Origin: Bradymonadales bacterium
Lineage (GTDB): Bacteria > Myxococcota_A > Bradymonadia > JAFGEP01
Assembly: GCA_016931535.1 (NCBI GenBank)
Contig: JAFGEP010000096.1
Coordinates: forward strand, 104,091 to 168,090
Reading direction: 5' to 3'
Length of the DNA: 64,000 nucleotides
A model generated the notes under the pieces. It worked only from the letters and a program-made list of their open reading frames with translations, did not search any database and was not told where the DNA came from. Shown piece by piece: positions 1 to 9,222 of this stretch (position 1 is its first letter; every line of letters starts with the position of its first letter). The translations under genes were made by a program, and so were the position numbers.

Positions 1-141
1 CCGCGTCGCCCGGGCGTTTTCCTCCTCCTGGGTGCACTCTGCCACCCGGCGGCGCCAAGTGCTTGACGAAATCGGGTCGCTCCCACATCCTGGTTCAGCC
101 CGGCCTGGAGGGCTCGATCCGATGATCCGTGAGGTCGGTCC

Positions 142-1524
142 GTGAGAGTAGGGAAGCGCCTCACCTGCACATTGACCTGCGGTCTCTGGTTCTGGATGGC
201 ATGGATGGGGTGGCCCGGGGTGGGCCAGGCCTCTCGCTTTTTTGTCTCCATGGAGAGCGCTGGCGACGCCGACGAGCTGACGCGAAGCGACCTGGACGGC
301 CTGGTACGGCGCCGTTTCTCTCAGAGCCTTTTCTTCTCCGGTACCCACCTGCTCACCGAGGAGAGCAACTCCCTGGAGATCCTGTTTCGAGGTCGAGCCG
401 ACACCGACTTCGCTCGGCTGGTGGACGAGCGTTCCCGTGATCCGAGGGAACGGGAGGCGATCGGCTTCGAGCTGCAGATGGCCTATCTCCGTTATGCGCC
501 CACCGACTCGATCTCCTTGCGGGCCGGACGGTTGTTTGTCTTGGGGCCGCTGCCTGCCGTCGACCTGGACGGGCTCGCCCTGCAGATCAACGGGTTTCAC
601 GGGTGGAGCGGCCAGGTGGGGTTGGGACGGGAGGTCCGCTATGGGCAATCCCGGGTAGACGGTGGAGCCTTCGACGCCCTGGGGCCGCGTTGGTCCTACT
701 TTGACGACCCGAGGGAGGAGACGACCTGGTTGACCCAGGCCGACCTGGGTTGGTCGGGCGGCCCGGTGACCGCCCGGGGAGGGCACCGGGTGGGCTGGCG
801 TCACGGGGACCGGGTCAGTCAGCTGACCTCGCTGGTCGGGCGTCTGGTCTTGGGAGGTTGGGACGGGACCTTGCGGGGCACCTTCAATCACCTGATGGAA
901 AGGCCGGATCGGCTCGAGGCTCGGGTGACGATCCCGCTGGATGTGCTTTCGACCCGTCTACGCCTGGGATATAGCTACCTGCGTCCCTGGTTTGACGGCG
1001 ACAGCATCTTCAACGTCTTTCCCATGTCGCCCCACGTGTGCTGGCAAGCAGGGGCGGAGACTCGGCTCTCCCAGCGAACCGAGCTGTGGGTGGGCGGGCA
1101 CCAGCGGGTCTATGCTCTCCAAGAGGAGATCCCCTGGCTGGGAGGCCTCGATCCCGCTGCCGACACCTACTCGTCGGGCGGTGAGTTCAACCTGTATGCC
1201 CAGCTCCTGCCGGTCCTGCATGTTCGCGGGACCTTCAGTGGAGAGACCGGGTACGGCGGTACATTGCTCAGCACCGAGGCGGCTGCTTCCTGGCAGGTCG
1301 TGCCTCAGCGGCTCGAGCTGGGCGCGAGGTTACGTCACTTCTACCTGTCGGATCCGGATTTCAGCGGAACGAGGGAGCACCAGGGGGCGGCCAGGTTACG
1401 GGGGGCTTTTCGATTGAGTAGCTTTGGCGATCTGGCGGTCACCCTGGAAGGGGTAAGCAACTTTCGGACCACCGTGGCGTTCAGAGCGATGGCACTGGCC
1501 ACCTTCGACCTGGGGCCGTTTTGA
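142..1524 (+). CDS. Putative outer-membrane beta-barrel protein; the start codon is uncertain
   Basis: 460-aa ORF with alternating hydrophobic/polar beta-strand-like pattern, Gly/Tyr/Arg-rich, and a C-terminal ...FDLGPF ending in Phe, typical of OMP barrels. Its stop is 2 nt before the next ORF. No recognisable catalytic motif. Confidence 0.4.
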   Translation: MRVGKRLTCTLTCGLWFWMAWMGWPGVGQASRFFVSMESAGDADELTRSDLDGLVRRRFSQSLFFSGTHLLTEESNSLEILFRGRADTDFARLVDERSRDPREREAIGFELQMAYLRYAPTDSISLRAGRLFVLGPLPAVDLDGLALQINGFHGWSGQVGLGREVRYGQSRVDGGAFDALGPRWSYFDDPREETTWLTQADLGWSGGPVTARGGHRVGWRHGDRVSQLTSLVGRLVLGGWDGTLRGTFNHLMERPDRLEARVTIPLDVLSTRLRLGYSYLRPWFDGDSIFNVFPMSPHVCWQAGAETRLSQRTELWVGGHQRVYALQEEIPWLGGLDPAADTYSSGGEFNLYAQLLPVLHVRGTFSGETGYGGTLLSTEAAASWQVVPQRLELGARLRHFYLSDPDFSGTREHQGAARLRGAFRLSSFGDLAVTLEGVSNFRTTVAFRAMALATFDLGPF

Positions 1525-1741
1525 CGTGGCGAGTGGGACTGGTGCATGGGGAACGGGTCCTCCCGATCAGGGGGAATCAGCCGAATCGGGGCGCAAAACG
1601 ACAGAAGTCCGACCTGCCGAACGGCAGACCGATCCGAGGGTGGTGAGAAGACTCGTCGGATCGATGCGTCACGCCGAAGGGGCCGGCACTGCCGGTCATC
1701 AGATCGGCTCGGGTGTCCTTTGGACCTTCCATCGCTGGTCG

Positions 1742-2983
1742 ATGTGGTTCCCAGCAGTCTTGCGGTTCGGGTTTTCGTCCAGCTGGAGTGCTGGCAGGTC
1801 GTCCGATCGAACTGGTCGGGGGGTGCGGCTATGGATTGGCCTGGGGGCAGTGCTGGCGTTGGCCTGGGGGGCCTATGCCTGGGGTGAATCGGGGGATCTG
1901 ATCGGGACGCGGCTGCCCTCTAGGGCGGTATATCCTCCCCATGACTACCAGGTGATCTTCGACCACGCCTTTCACAGCCAGCAGTCGCCATGCCCCCTTT
2001 GCCACCGCATGGTGGCGATGGATGAGGGGGTCCCGGCCGAACCGATGCCCTCCATGGAGACCTGTGGAAGCTGTCACGACCAGGCAGCCGACACCGAGGA
2101 TCCGCTGGCGTGTTCCCATTGCCATCGCGACTACCGGCCGATGTGGCCGGATGATCGCGGGATGACCGGCGTTCGCGATCCGCGCTTTCCCCTGGTGAGG
2201 CCCAGGCCCCCCGTGAGGCTGGCGGCCAATCTCCACTTCGAGCATGGCACGCATGGGCGGATCCCCTGCGTCACCTGCCACCCGATGGAGGTGGAAGGTG
2301 GCGCTTCTCTGCCGCTGGAAGAGCTGTGCCTGGATTGCCACCGGAGCTCGGCGGTTTCGGACGACTGTGGGACCTGTCATCCTTCCGGCGATGACGGGCG
2401 GCTGGTCACCCGTTTTTCGGGCAGCCGCACAGCGAGCCCGCAGCTCCTCCGTCCCGCCGACCACGGCCTCTCGTTCCGACAGGACCATGGGGGAGCGGTA
2501 CAGGCGGAGCCGACCGCCTGTTTCCGGTGCCACTCGGAGCAGAGCTGTCTGAACTGCCACGTGCCCTCCCTGGGGATCAGGACCATCCACCCCCCGGGTT
2601 TCATCGAGGATCACGGTCTGGATGGGCGGCGAGCGGGGAGAAACTGTGCTTCTTGCCACCAGGTCACCGCCTTCTGCGTCGACTGCCACGTCGATGCGGG
2701 ATATGGAGACGACACGGTTCACGGACCCGTCTCGGGGTACCCCTACCACCCGGCCGGCTGGCAGGATCTGGATGGGCGGCATGGCCGAGCGGCCCAGCGA
2801 AACCTGGCCGAGTGCGCATCCTGCCATCAGGAGAGCCACTGTGCGGGATGCCACCAGGCGGTGTCTCCCCACGGTCCCGCCTTTGGCGCGCGGTGTGGGA
2901 CGTTGCGATCGGCCAATCCCTCCGTATGCACACGCTGTCACGCCGACGAGTACATGGCGTCCCTTCTGGACCGATGCCGATGA
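1742..2983 (+). CDS. Multi-haem c-type cytochrome, ~13 CXXCH motifs, with an N-terminal transmembrane/signal anchor
   Basis: CXXCH motifs read directly: CPLCH, CGSCH, CSHCH, CVTCH, CLDCH, CGTCH, CFRCH, CLNCH, CASCH, CVDCH, CASCH, CAGCH, CTRCH. The hydrophobic segment WIGLGAVLALAWGAYAWG precedes the first haem site. Start chosen at ATG 1742 (MWFPAV...). The ORF is open from 1526, so the true start could be upstream. Confidence 0.75.
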   Translation: MWFPAVLRFGFSSSWSAGRSSDRTGRGVRLWIGLGAVLALAWGAYAWGESGDLIGTRLPSRAVYPPHDYQVIFDHAFHSQQSPCPLCHRMVAMDEGVPAEPMPSMETCGSCHDQAADTEDPLACSHCHRDYRPMWPDDRGMTGVRDPRFPLVRPRPPVRLAANLHFEHGTHGRIPCVTCHPMEVEGGASLPLEELCLDCHRSSAVSDDCGTCHPSGDDGRLVTRFSGSRTASPQLLRPADHGLSFRQDHGGAVQAEPTACFRCHSEQSCLNCHVPSLGIRTIHPPGFIEDHGLDGRRAGRNCASCHQVTAFCVDCHVDAGYGDDTVHGPVSGYPYHPAGWQDLDGRHGRAAQRNLAECASCHQESHCAGCHQAVSPHGPAFGARCGTLRSANPSVCTRCHADEYMASLLDRCR

Positions 2984-3202
2984 TCTCTTCGTGAAGGTGC
3001 GGCCTCCGACGACCACCGGGGGATCGGATCCAACGCGTCGAGTGAGCGGGAGCTGCCTCGGAAACCAGGAGCCGGAGCGTGGGGCTGTCCTTGGGGGAAG
3101 GTCTGGCTGTAAGATGAGACGAACGCCGGAGGTTCGGGTTACAATCATGTTCCAGCTTCCAGCGGGAGCTGCGTTGACGGGAGAGGTTCAGGGGAGGCCA
3201 CC

Positions 3203-3757
3203 ATGGGCATGCAAGTGACCAAGGAGATGTTGGACGCCAGGCAGCAGAAGCTGATGGACACGGCCAACCAGATACTGAAGCTGGCCAACACGAAGGGCGA
3301 GCACGGGGACGAGATCGTGAAGCTGGCGAACCAGGCCCAGAAGGAGGCTCAGGAGCTGGAGGCGATGGCCAAGGTGTACGAGGCCCAGTCGCTGGAGGGC
3401 CGCAAGCCGGCAAAGGCGGTGCCAACAACCATCTACGTGGAGCTGACCGACGAGCAGCGCAAGCGCATCCTGGATGAGACCGGGGTGCGCATGGAGAGGG
3501 TGGAGATTCCGGACGATACCGGGATCATGGAGCGGACCATGCCCGTCAACCAACCTCCGGACATCTACCCCCTGGCTTTGCAGCAGGCCCGTTCGAGAAA
3601 AGCACTGGAAGAGGCCGAGCAGGCGGCAATGGCCGATGCGGCCAAGGGGCTGGCTGCCCTGAAGGCGCAGCGCAACCCGGACATGGACAAGCTGGTGGAG
3701 AAGGCCAAGGCGGATCCCAACTTCCTGTGCGGTCTGTTACAGAAACAGAAAAAGTAG
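3203..3757 (+). CDS. Hypothetical Lys/Glu/Ala-rich, coiled-coil-like protein
   Basis: 184-aa ORF with a GGGAGG-like RBS just upstream of the ATG. Coding-like codon usage, no signal peptide, no recognisable domain. Confidence 0.5.
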   Translation: MGMQVTKEMLDARQQKLMDTANQILKLANTKGEHGDEIVKLANQAQKEAQELEAMAKVYEAQSLEGRKPAKAVPTTIYVELTDEQRKRILDETGVRMERVEIPDDTGIMERTMPVNQPPDIYPLALQQARSRKALEEAEQAAMADAAKGLAALKAQRNPDMDKLVEKAKADPNFLCGLLQKQKK

Positions 3758-3998
3758 GAAGGGGCGAGGTTCGGATCCTGGCGAGTCCCAGTTCGGTTCA
3801 TCACCCATGTGGACCGGTCTGGGAAAGGGGAGGCCTTGTCGAATGGAGGTCAGGGACGACCGTCGGGCTGCCGAGAGGTTCTGGCGTGTACAGTTGGCAC
3901 CGAGGGAAGGGGTTGGCCACGGTGCTCGGGTCGATGGTCCCCCGAGGGCCATGTTACCCTGATTCCAGAAGGGCAATCACCAGAGTCGATCCGGGGGG

Positions 3999-4904
3999 CT
4001 AGGCGATGGTGTGGCCGGGAGCGCCGATGTTGTCGCCGCTGACCACCGGTCCCACCGGGACATAGGGTGGGGAGAAGGTGGGGATGGGCCCCTTGCCCAT
4101 GACCAGCATGACCTGCTGCTGGGGCAACCACATCAGGAAAGCCAGGGACAAGGTGGTGGCCACGGCCTCGAACAGGGTCTCGTGGAACTTGTCCGGGTCG
4201 TCGTCCTTGATCTTTTGGTCCAGGGCGTCCACGCACGCTTTTTTCATGTCGCTGGGGGCGACGATCTTGGACATCATGGCGGAGGGACAGGCGATAAAAG
4301 GGACCGGTACGTTGGGCATGGGGGGTGCCATGGGGCCCGGGAAGGCGGCGAAGGCGGGGTACCAGGGCAATCCGGGCACCATGACCTTGGCCGCCCAGGC
4401 GTCGAAGCACTCCCCAACCCCTTTGGCGCAGGCCTCCAGGAACTTTTTCTTGTTGTCCTTCCAGGCGGCGCCGCCGGGGAACATCTTGATCTTGTCCTCC
4501 ATCTTGGGGCCGTCGAGGCAGCCGGGGGTCCCGATGGCCGACACCGCCATGACCTTGAGGTCTTTTAACTTGGCTTCCAGCCGCCACATGTCCACGCCGA
4601 ACTTGACGGCGTCGATCAGGCCATCGTAGAGCTCCTTGTAGGCCTTGCCGATCTCGTCGCAGCTATCCTGGTGGTACTTGTTGGCGTTTTGTGGGTTGAG
4701 CCAAGGGAATGGCGTCTGTCCCGGGGTGGCGACCTTTTCCTCGGGTTTGAGGGAATCATCGTAGTGTTTGGCGGCGGGATCGCCCTGGGGCTGCTTCCAT
4801 TCCGTGGGCAGCTTGTGCATCTTCCCGACAAAGACCAGCTCACCTAGGATGTTGATGGGGCTCAGAGGGGGCATCTTTTCTCTCCGCTTCGCGCTTCTCC
4901 TCAA
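3999..4904 (-). CDS. Hypothetical Cys-containing protein with no recognisable domain
   Basis: 301-aa ORF, divergent from the PAAR gene and convergent with the 3203 ORF. Local GC is slightly lower than the surroundings. No signal peptide. Confidence 0.5.
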   Translation of the reverse strand: MRRSAKRREKMPPLSPINILGELVFVGKMHKLPTEWKQPQGDPAAKHYDDSLKPEEKVATPGQTPFPWLNPQNANKYHQDSCDEIGKAYKELYDGLIDAVKFGVDMWRLEAKLKDLKVMAVSAIGTPGCLDGPKMEDKIKMFPGGAAWKDNKKKFLEACAKGVGECFDAWAAKVMVPGLPWYPAFAAFPGPMAPPMPNVPVPFIACPSAMMSKIVAPSDMKKACVDALDQKIKDDDPDKFHETLFEAVATTLSLAFLMWLPQQQVMLVMGKGPIPTFSPPYVPVGPVVSGDNIGAPGHTIA

Positions 4905-5149
4905 AAGCTAGTCATTGGTGTCGAACTGTTCAAGTGCCGCGATGCTGGGTCCCTGCCAGTTGAGTGCGGGAACTTTGTTCCGCCACTTGCACAACGGCAG
5001 AATACACCATACCTTTGTGATTGGGCCAGGGTGATTTGGGCCCGGCGATGCGGTCGCTCGTTTCGCCTCTCCATGGGGTAGGGCGAAGGGCCCCTTCGCG
5101 CGATAACCAGTACGTTTTGTCGAGTGCGAACAAATAGTAGGAGTATCCG

Positions 5150-5473
5150 ATGCCTGCAGCAGGTCGTCTCGCAGATCTAGCCAAAGCGGATCCTCATGCC
5201 CATTGCTGTCCCGCCTGCCCTCATCCCACAGTGGGTCCCTTGATCCTTGGCTCGCCCGATGTGTTCATCAATAACATGCCAGCGGGGCGAAAGACGGATA
5301 TGGGCATCCATGCCGCCTGCTGTGGACCCAACATCTGGATGGCGGACGCCGGAAGCGGCACCGTGTTCATCAACGGGAAGGCCGCCTTCCGCAAGGACGA
5401 TGCCACCAAGCATTGTGGAAGCTTCGCTGGCAAGCTGATCCAGGGCAGCCCCGACGTGATCGTCGGCGATTGA
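5150..5473 (+). CDS. PAAR-domain protein (PAAR_motif/DUF4150-like spike-tip protein)
   Basis: 107 aa with repeated PAAR-type segments: MPAAGR...GSPDVFINNMPAGR...DMGIHAACCGPN...GSGTVFINGKAAFR...HCGSFAGKLIQGSPDVIVG. The paired CC/C metal-site residues are present. Confidence 0.8.
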   Translation: MPAAGRLADLAKADPHAHCCPACPHPTVGPLILGSPDVFINNMPAGRKTDMGIHAACCGPNIWMADAGSGTVFINGKAAFRKDDATKHCGSFAGKLIQGSPDVIVGD

Positions 5474-5720
5474 CCCGCCCGGTCCGATCCCTTTCCCCGA
5501 CCATTCGACCACCCCGCGCAGCGAACGAGGACCGTTGACCAACCAGATCCCGGTCTCTTTCCACCTGCTCCGGTAGCTCCGTCGTTTTTCCCGCCCCTCG
5601 AGGTCCGCCGCTCGGGGCCACTCTGTCCGGTTCGACCCGTTTTCCCTGTTCGAGTGGGCGGACAAGCAGAGCGCTCTCCCCTGCCGCGCCAATCGCGGGG
5701 CAGGCAGTGGATTTTTACCT

Positions 5721-6677
5721 TCACCCCTCCTTGACCGCCAGCCTTCCGTGGAGTCGATAGCGATATCGCACCCGGTGGGTGCGGGCCATCTCCCAGGGGA
5801 TCGAATCGACCCGTTCCAGAGTGCGCAGGCCAAGGCGGTGCAGCAGCGCATCCCACTGGCCGTCCTCGGTGGCCAGCCAATGTTCCGGCTCGACCAGCGA
5901 GCGGCTCCAGCTATCCGGCTGTGCCAGGATCAGGTAGCCGCCCGGTCGGATGAGCGCCACGGCCTGCCCGAGAACCACCCAGGGATCGCGGACGCTGTCC
6001 AGCAGGTTGACGGCCAGCACCAGGTCGAAGGCGGAAGCGGCCAGGGGCGGATGGAGGACATCGGCACAGATCCAGCGCACCCGTCCGGGGGTGGGGCTTA
6101 CCGGGACATCGGCCTGGGTGAGCTCGAACAGCCCTTCCGACCGGAGGCGAGGCCAGACGAGCTGTTGGCTCCGTTGGGCCAGGTTGGCCCAGTAGAGGTT
6201 GGTCGGTTCGTGGTCGAGACCCGTGACGGCGCAGCCGGTCCGGTGGGCGATCTCCAGGGTGAGGCGACCGGGACCGCAACCGAGGTCCACCGCCGTCTGG
6301 GTCGGCTCCGGGATGCGGGGCAGCAACAGGTCGCACAATGCGGTAAACGGCTCGGCTTCTCCTCCGTAGTGGGCGGACAGGTACATGGCGGCGAAGACCG
6401 CACTATCCCAGGTCGGCTCGCCGGGTGTCAGGCTGTTCAGCTCCACCAACCAACGCGCCATGGAAGGGAGATCACGGTTCACGTCGACCTGCAGAATCGA
6501 GTCGACAGACCCCGGCACGATCACCGGAACGCCGTTGGAGAGACGGGGAAACACTCGGCGGCAATCCGGGTTGGAGCAGGTCAGGCTATCCGGGTCGACC
6601 GGCCAGGCCTGGGGTGGCTGGCGGCACAGGGGGCAGATGAGAAGCTCGGAGGGATGAACAGCCATGCACCCTGTCAT
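5721..6677 (-). CDS. Class I SAM-dependent methyltransferase with an N-terminal Trm112-like zinc ribbon
   Basis: CxxC...CxxC ribbon (LICPLCRQ...LTCSNPDCRR) followed by the SAM motif I VDLGCGPGRLT. The start (ATG 6677 or 6665) is uncertain. Confidence 0.7.
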   Translation of the reverse strand: MTGCMAVHPSELLICPLCRQPPQAWPVDPDSLTCSNPDCRRVFPRLSNGVPVIVPGSVDSILQVDVNRDLPSMARWLVELNSLTPGEPTWDSAVFAAMYLSAHYGGEAEPFTALCDLLLPRIPEPTQTAVDLGCGPGRLTLEIAHRTGCAVTGLDHEPTNLYWANLAQRSQQLVWPRLRSEGLFELTQADVPVSPTPGRVRWICADVLHPPLAASAFDLVLAVNLLDSVRDPWVVLGQAVALIRPGGYLILAQPDSWSRSLVEPEHWLATEDGQWDALLHRLGLRTLERVDSIPWEMARTHRVRYRYRLHGRLAVKEG

Positions 6678-6731
6678 GCAAGAGGGGAAGAATGCTGCCG
6701 ACAACGAAACGGCCCGCAAGGGAGCGCATTC

Positions 6732-7493
6732 ATGGTCCGATGGTATATCACGCTCTTGTGGACGGCACTACTGGGGATGACATCCGGCTGCGAGGAGCAG
6801 CTGCTGTTCGAGCCCGATCCATTTCAGCGGGAGCTGGTGCGCACCTATGCCCGTGAGACCGGCTGGGCGGATCGGGCTTTCGGAGCCGACCTGGTATGCA
6901 TCACAACCACCAGACCCCTGTGTCTGTGCGACCCCGAGCGGCTGGACCAGATCGTCAACGGGCTCCCCAACCACCTGAGACTGGACCTCAACAGCGCCTC
7001 GCGGGAGGAGCTGATCCGACTTCCCGGGATCGGACCTCGCCTCGCCGAGCGGATTCTCGCCTCCCGTCGGGATCGCCCCTTTGCCTGTGTGGAGGACCTG
7101 ACCCGGGTAGAGGGTATCGGCCCTGGCCGTCTGGCCAAGCTAGCCCACCTGGTGCGGGTGGGGGCCCATGAGCCGGATCGTTCTGAGACTCGAGAGGAGC
7201 CCGAGGTAGCGGAGGAAGCTGGGGGAGGCGAGCGTGGGGTGGCGCCAGGCACGGGAGCGGCGCCGGACAGGGCGGAGAGGGCAGACAGGAGGGAAAGGGC
7301 GAGCAGAGGGGAGAGAGCCCAGAGGATTTCCTCTTCGAGGGGAAGGCATAGCCGGGGGAGAAGGGGGCCAAGGGAGCCGTCTGATGATCCGGGGATGGCT
7401 GCCAGCGGTGAGGCGAACCGGTTTTTCCAGCGGATCCGGGACCTGGTGGTCGCGGTGGTGGCGAGCAGCAAAATAGCTGTGCACGACCGGTGA
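6732..7493 (+). CDS. ComEA-family helix-hairpin-helix DNA-binding lipoprotein
   Basis: Lipobox LLGMTSGC, then the ComEA signature DLNSASREELIRLPGIGPRLAERILASRRDRPFACVEDLTRVEGIGPGRLAKL. Acidic/basic low-complexity C-terminus. The upstream part of the long 5748..7493 ORF is antisense to the methyltransferase and was rejected. Confidence 0.75.
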   Translation: MVRWYITLLWTALLGMTSGCEEQLLFEPDPFQRELVRTYARETGWADRAFGADLVCITTTRPLCLCDPERLDQIVNGLPNHLRLDLNSASREELIRLPGIGPRLAERILASRRDRPFACVEDLTRVEGIGPGRLAKLAHLVRVGAHEPDRSETREEPEVAEEAGGGERGVAPGTGAAPDRAERADRRERASRGERAQRISSSRGRHSRGRRGPREPSDDPGMAASGEANRFFQRIRDLVVAVVASSKIAVHDR

Positions 7494-7561
7494 AGCGTTG
7501 GCGGTGATCCACGGGCCGTGGGGCACACAAAGGGAGGAGGAGGAGCCCTGGCAGCGGCGAC

Positions 7562-8797
7562 TCAGTGGTCTCCGTCACACTCGATAGGGCCCAACGGCAG
7601 CTCCTGGTCCGCCAGGAAACCCATGAGCAGGCGGGAGCCGTGGGTGCTGCCCAGGTAGTGGTGGATCTCCTCGCAGGCTCCTCCGATGCGCAGGTTGCTG
7701 CCCGGTCCGGTCTCGTATCCTGCCGACGTCACCACAGCCCGCCCGTTGACGGGGTTGTATACCAGCATCCGGGTTCCTCCCGCGGGTCGATAGCGCCAGT
7801 ACATGTTGACATACCAGGCCTCGTCGAGTACTGGCGGGCGCACGGTGGAGCCCTGGCCATATTCGCACCCGCCCTCTCCGGCGGGGGCCCAGTCGCTGGT
7901 GCGGGTCATGACATAGCCGGAGACGCTCTGGGAGAGCGCATAGTGGTCCTCGAGCCCCTCTCTCGAAGAGGTGGGCCATCCGTCCGGAAATTCCTGGGTG
8001 GTGACCAGGTGGGCTTCGCGCACCACCTCGCCGATGGCCGGTAGCTGCAGCGGCTCTTCGCGGTTGATCAAGTCGATGGGATCTTGCTGCATCTGGCAGA
8101 CGCCCGAAAAGAGATCGGTCAGATCCACCTCCAGCGTGTAGGGACCAGCCAGGGCGGTTCCCTCGGAATCGACCCAGGTATCGACCACCAGGTAGAGGTC
8201 TTCTTCGGGCCACACCACGTGGTAGAAGCGGTAGTGATGGCGCACGAGGCATGCATCAGGATCCGGTCCGGACAACAGGTGGATGTCCACATCGATCTCC
8301 TGTTCGCTGCCATCGCCAACCGATACGGACAGGACACCGGCCGAGGGAAGAACCAGGCGATAGACCACTTCGGCGCCCGACTCGTTGATGGTGGGGGCGC
8401 AGCTGTAGGCGTCCACCTCTGCCTGGTCCACCAGGGAGGTGTCGCGGGAATCGGAGAAAGGAAAGCGGTCGATGACAAACGGCTCCTCCCAGGTGCCGGT
8501 GCCGGTCGGGAAGGGGGACTGGTCCTCGATCTCCGGAGACCAGTCACCGGGATCGATCGTACCATCGAGGACGAGATCGGGATCGGTCGGGAGTTCTGTG
8601 GGGGGAAGATCCGGGTCGTCGATCTCCGGGTCGGAGACCGGGATGTCGGACGGTCCCTGGTCGATCGGTTCAGCGTCTGAGATGTCGGATCGATCCGAAG
8701 CGGGAACATCGTGCAGCACCTGGCAGCCGAGGGGCTGCAAGGTCAGCCCGAAGAGAAGGACCGCAAGGTGGCAGCGAGCGAGAGAGGGTGCGTGCAT
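7562..8797 (-). CDS. Hypothetical secreted lipoprotein with an acidic Pro/Asp-rich N-terminal region
   Basis: Signal/lipobox LAVLLFGLTLQPLGCQ. 411 aa, coding-like GC3, no identifiable domain. Confidence 0.5.
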   Translation of the reverse strand: MHAPSLARCHLAVLLFGLTLQPLGCQVLHDVPASDRSDISDAEPIDQGPSDIPVSDPEIDDPDLPPTELPTDPDLVLDGTIDPGDWSPEIEDQSPFPTGTGTWEEPFVIDRFPFSDSRDTSLVDQAEVDAYSCAPTINESGAEVVYRLVLPSAGVLSVSVGDGSEQEIDVDIHLLSGPDPDACLVRHHYRFYHVVWPEEDLYLVVDTWVDSEGTALAGPYTLEVDLTDLFSGVCQMQQDPIDLINREEPLQLPAIGEVVREAHLVTTQEFPDGWPTSSREGLEDHYALSQSVSGYVMTRTSDWAPAGEGGCEYGQGSTVRPPVLDEAWYVNMYWRYRPAGGTRMLVYNPVNGRAVVTSAGYETGPGSNLRIGGACEEIHHYLGSTHGSRLLMGFLADQELPLGPIECDGDH

Positions 8798-8920
8798 GGC
8801 CGTGCCTTTGTCGTCGTGCCGGTTCATTCCACCTTGTTTGATAGCAAGCCTCTACCGTTTGCGCAAACGGTCGTCTATGATTCTATCCGTTCGGTGCAAC
8901 AACCAATAGACGAGGGAAAG

Positions 8921-9187
8921 ATGGACGAGGATACCTCGGGTTCTTCGAAGGAGAAACCGGTGGTCGCTGCCACCAGCCCCATCGCGCTCGAGCTGGAGGC
9001 GGGCACCTACTGGTGGTGCAGTTGCGGGCGTTCTCAGGCTCAGCCGTTCTGTGATGGTTCGCACGTCACCACCGGCTTGACACCACTGGAGTTTTCCCTC
9101 GAGGAGACCCGCACGGTCTACCTGTGCAGATGCAAGCAGACGAAGACCCCCCCCTTCTGTGACGGCAGTCACAACCGGTTGACCTGA
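8921..9187 (+). CDS. CDGSH-type iron-sulfur domain protein (mitoNEET-like, tandem CDGSH)
   Basis: Two C-x-C-x(n)-CDGSH motifs: WWCSCGRSQAQPFCDGSH and LCRCKQTKTPPFCDGSH. RBS GAGGGAAAG upstream of the ATG. Confidence 0.8.
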   Translation: MDEDTSGSSKEKPVVAATSPIALELEAGTYWWCSCGRSQAQPFCDGSHVTTGLTPLEFSLEETRTVYLCRCKQTKTPPFCDGSHNRLT

Positions 9188-9222
9188 CTTACGCCAAAAG
9201 GCTCGTCCGCAGGCGGAGGGGA

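Noticed and set aside
1829-3148. 439-aa minus-strand ORF
   Set aside because: Antisense to the multi-haem cytochrome gene, whose 13 CXXCH motifs unambiguously define the coding strand. Arg/Pro/Gly-rich junk composition.
5748-7493. 581-aa plus-strand ORF
   Set aside because: Its first ~950 nt are exactly antisense to the SAM methyltransferase gene (5721..6677) and have no protein-like features. Only the 3' part from ATG 6732 (ComEA lipoprotein) is real. This is a typical high-GC antisense artefact.
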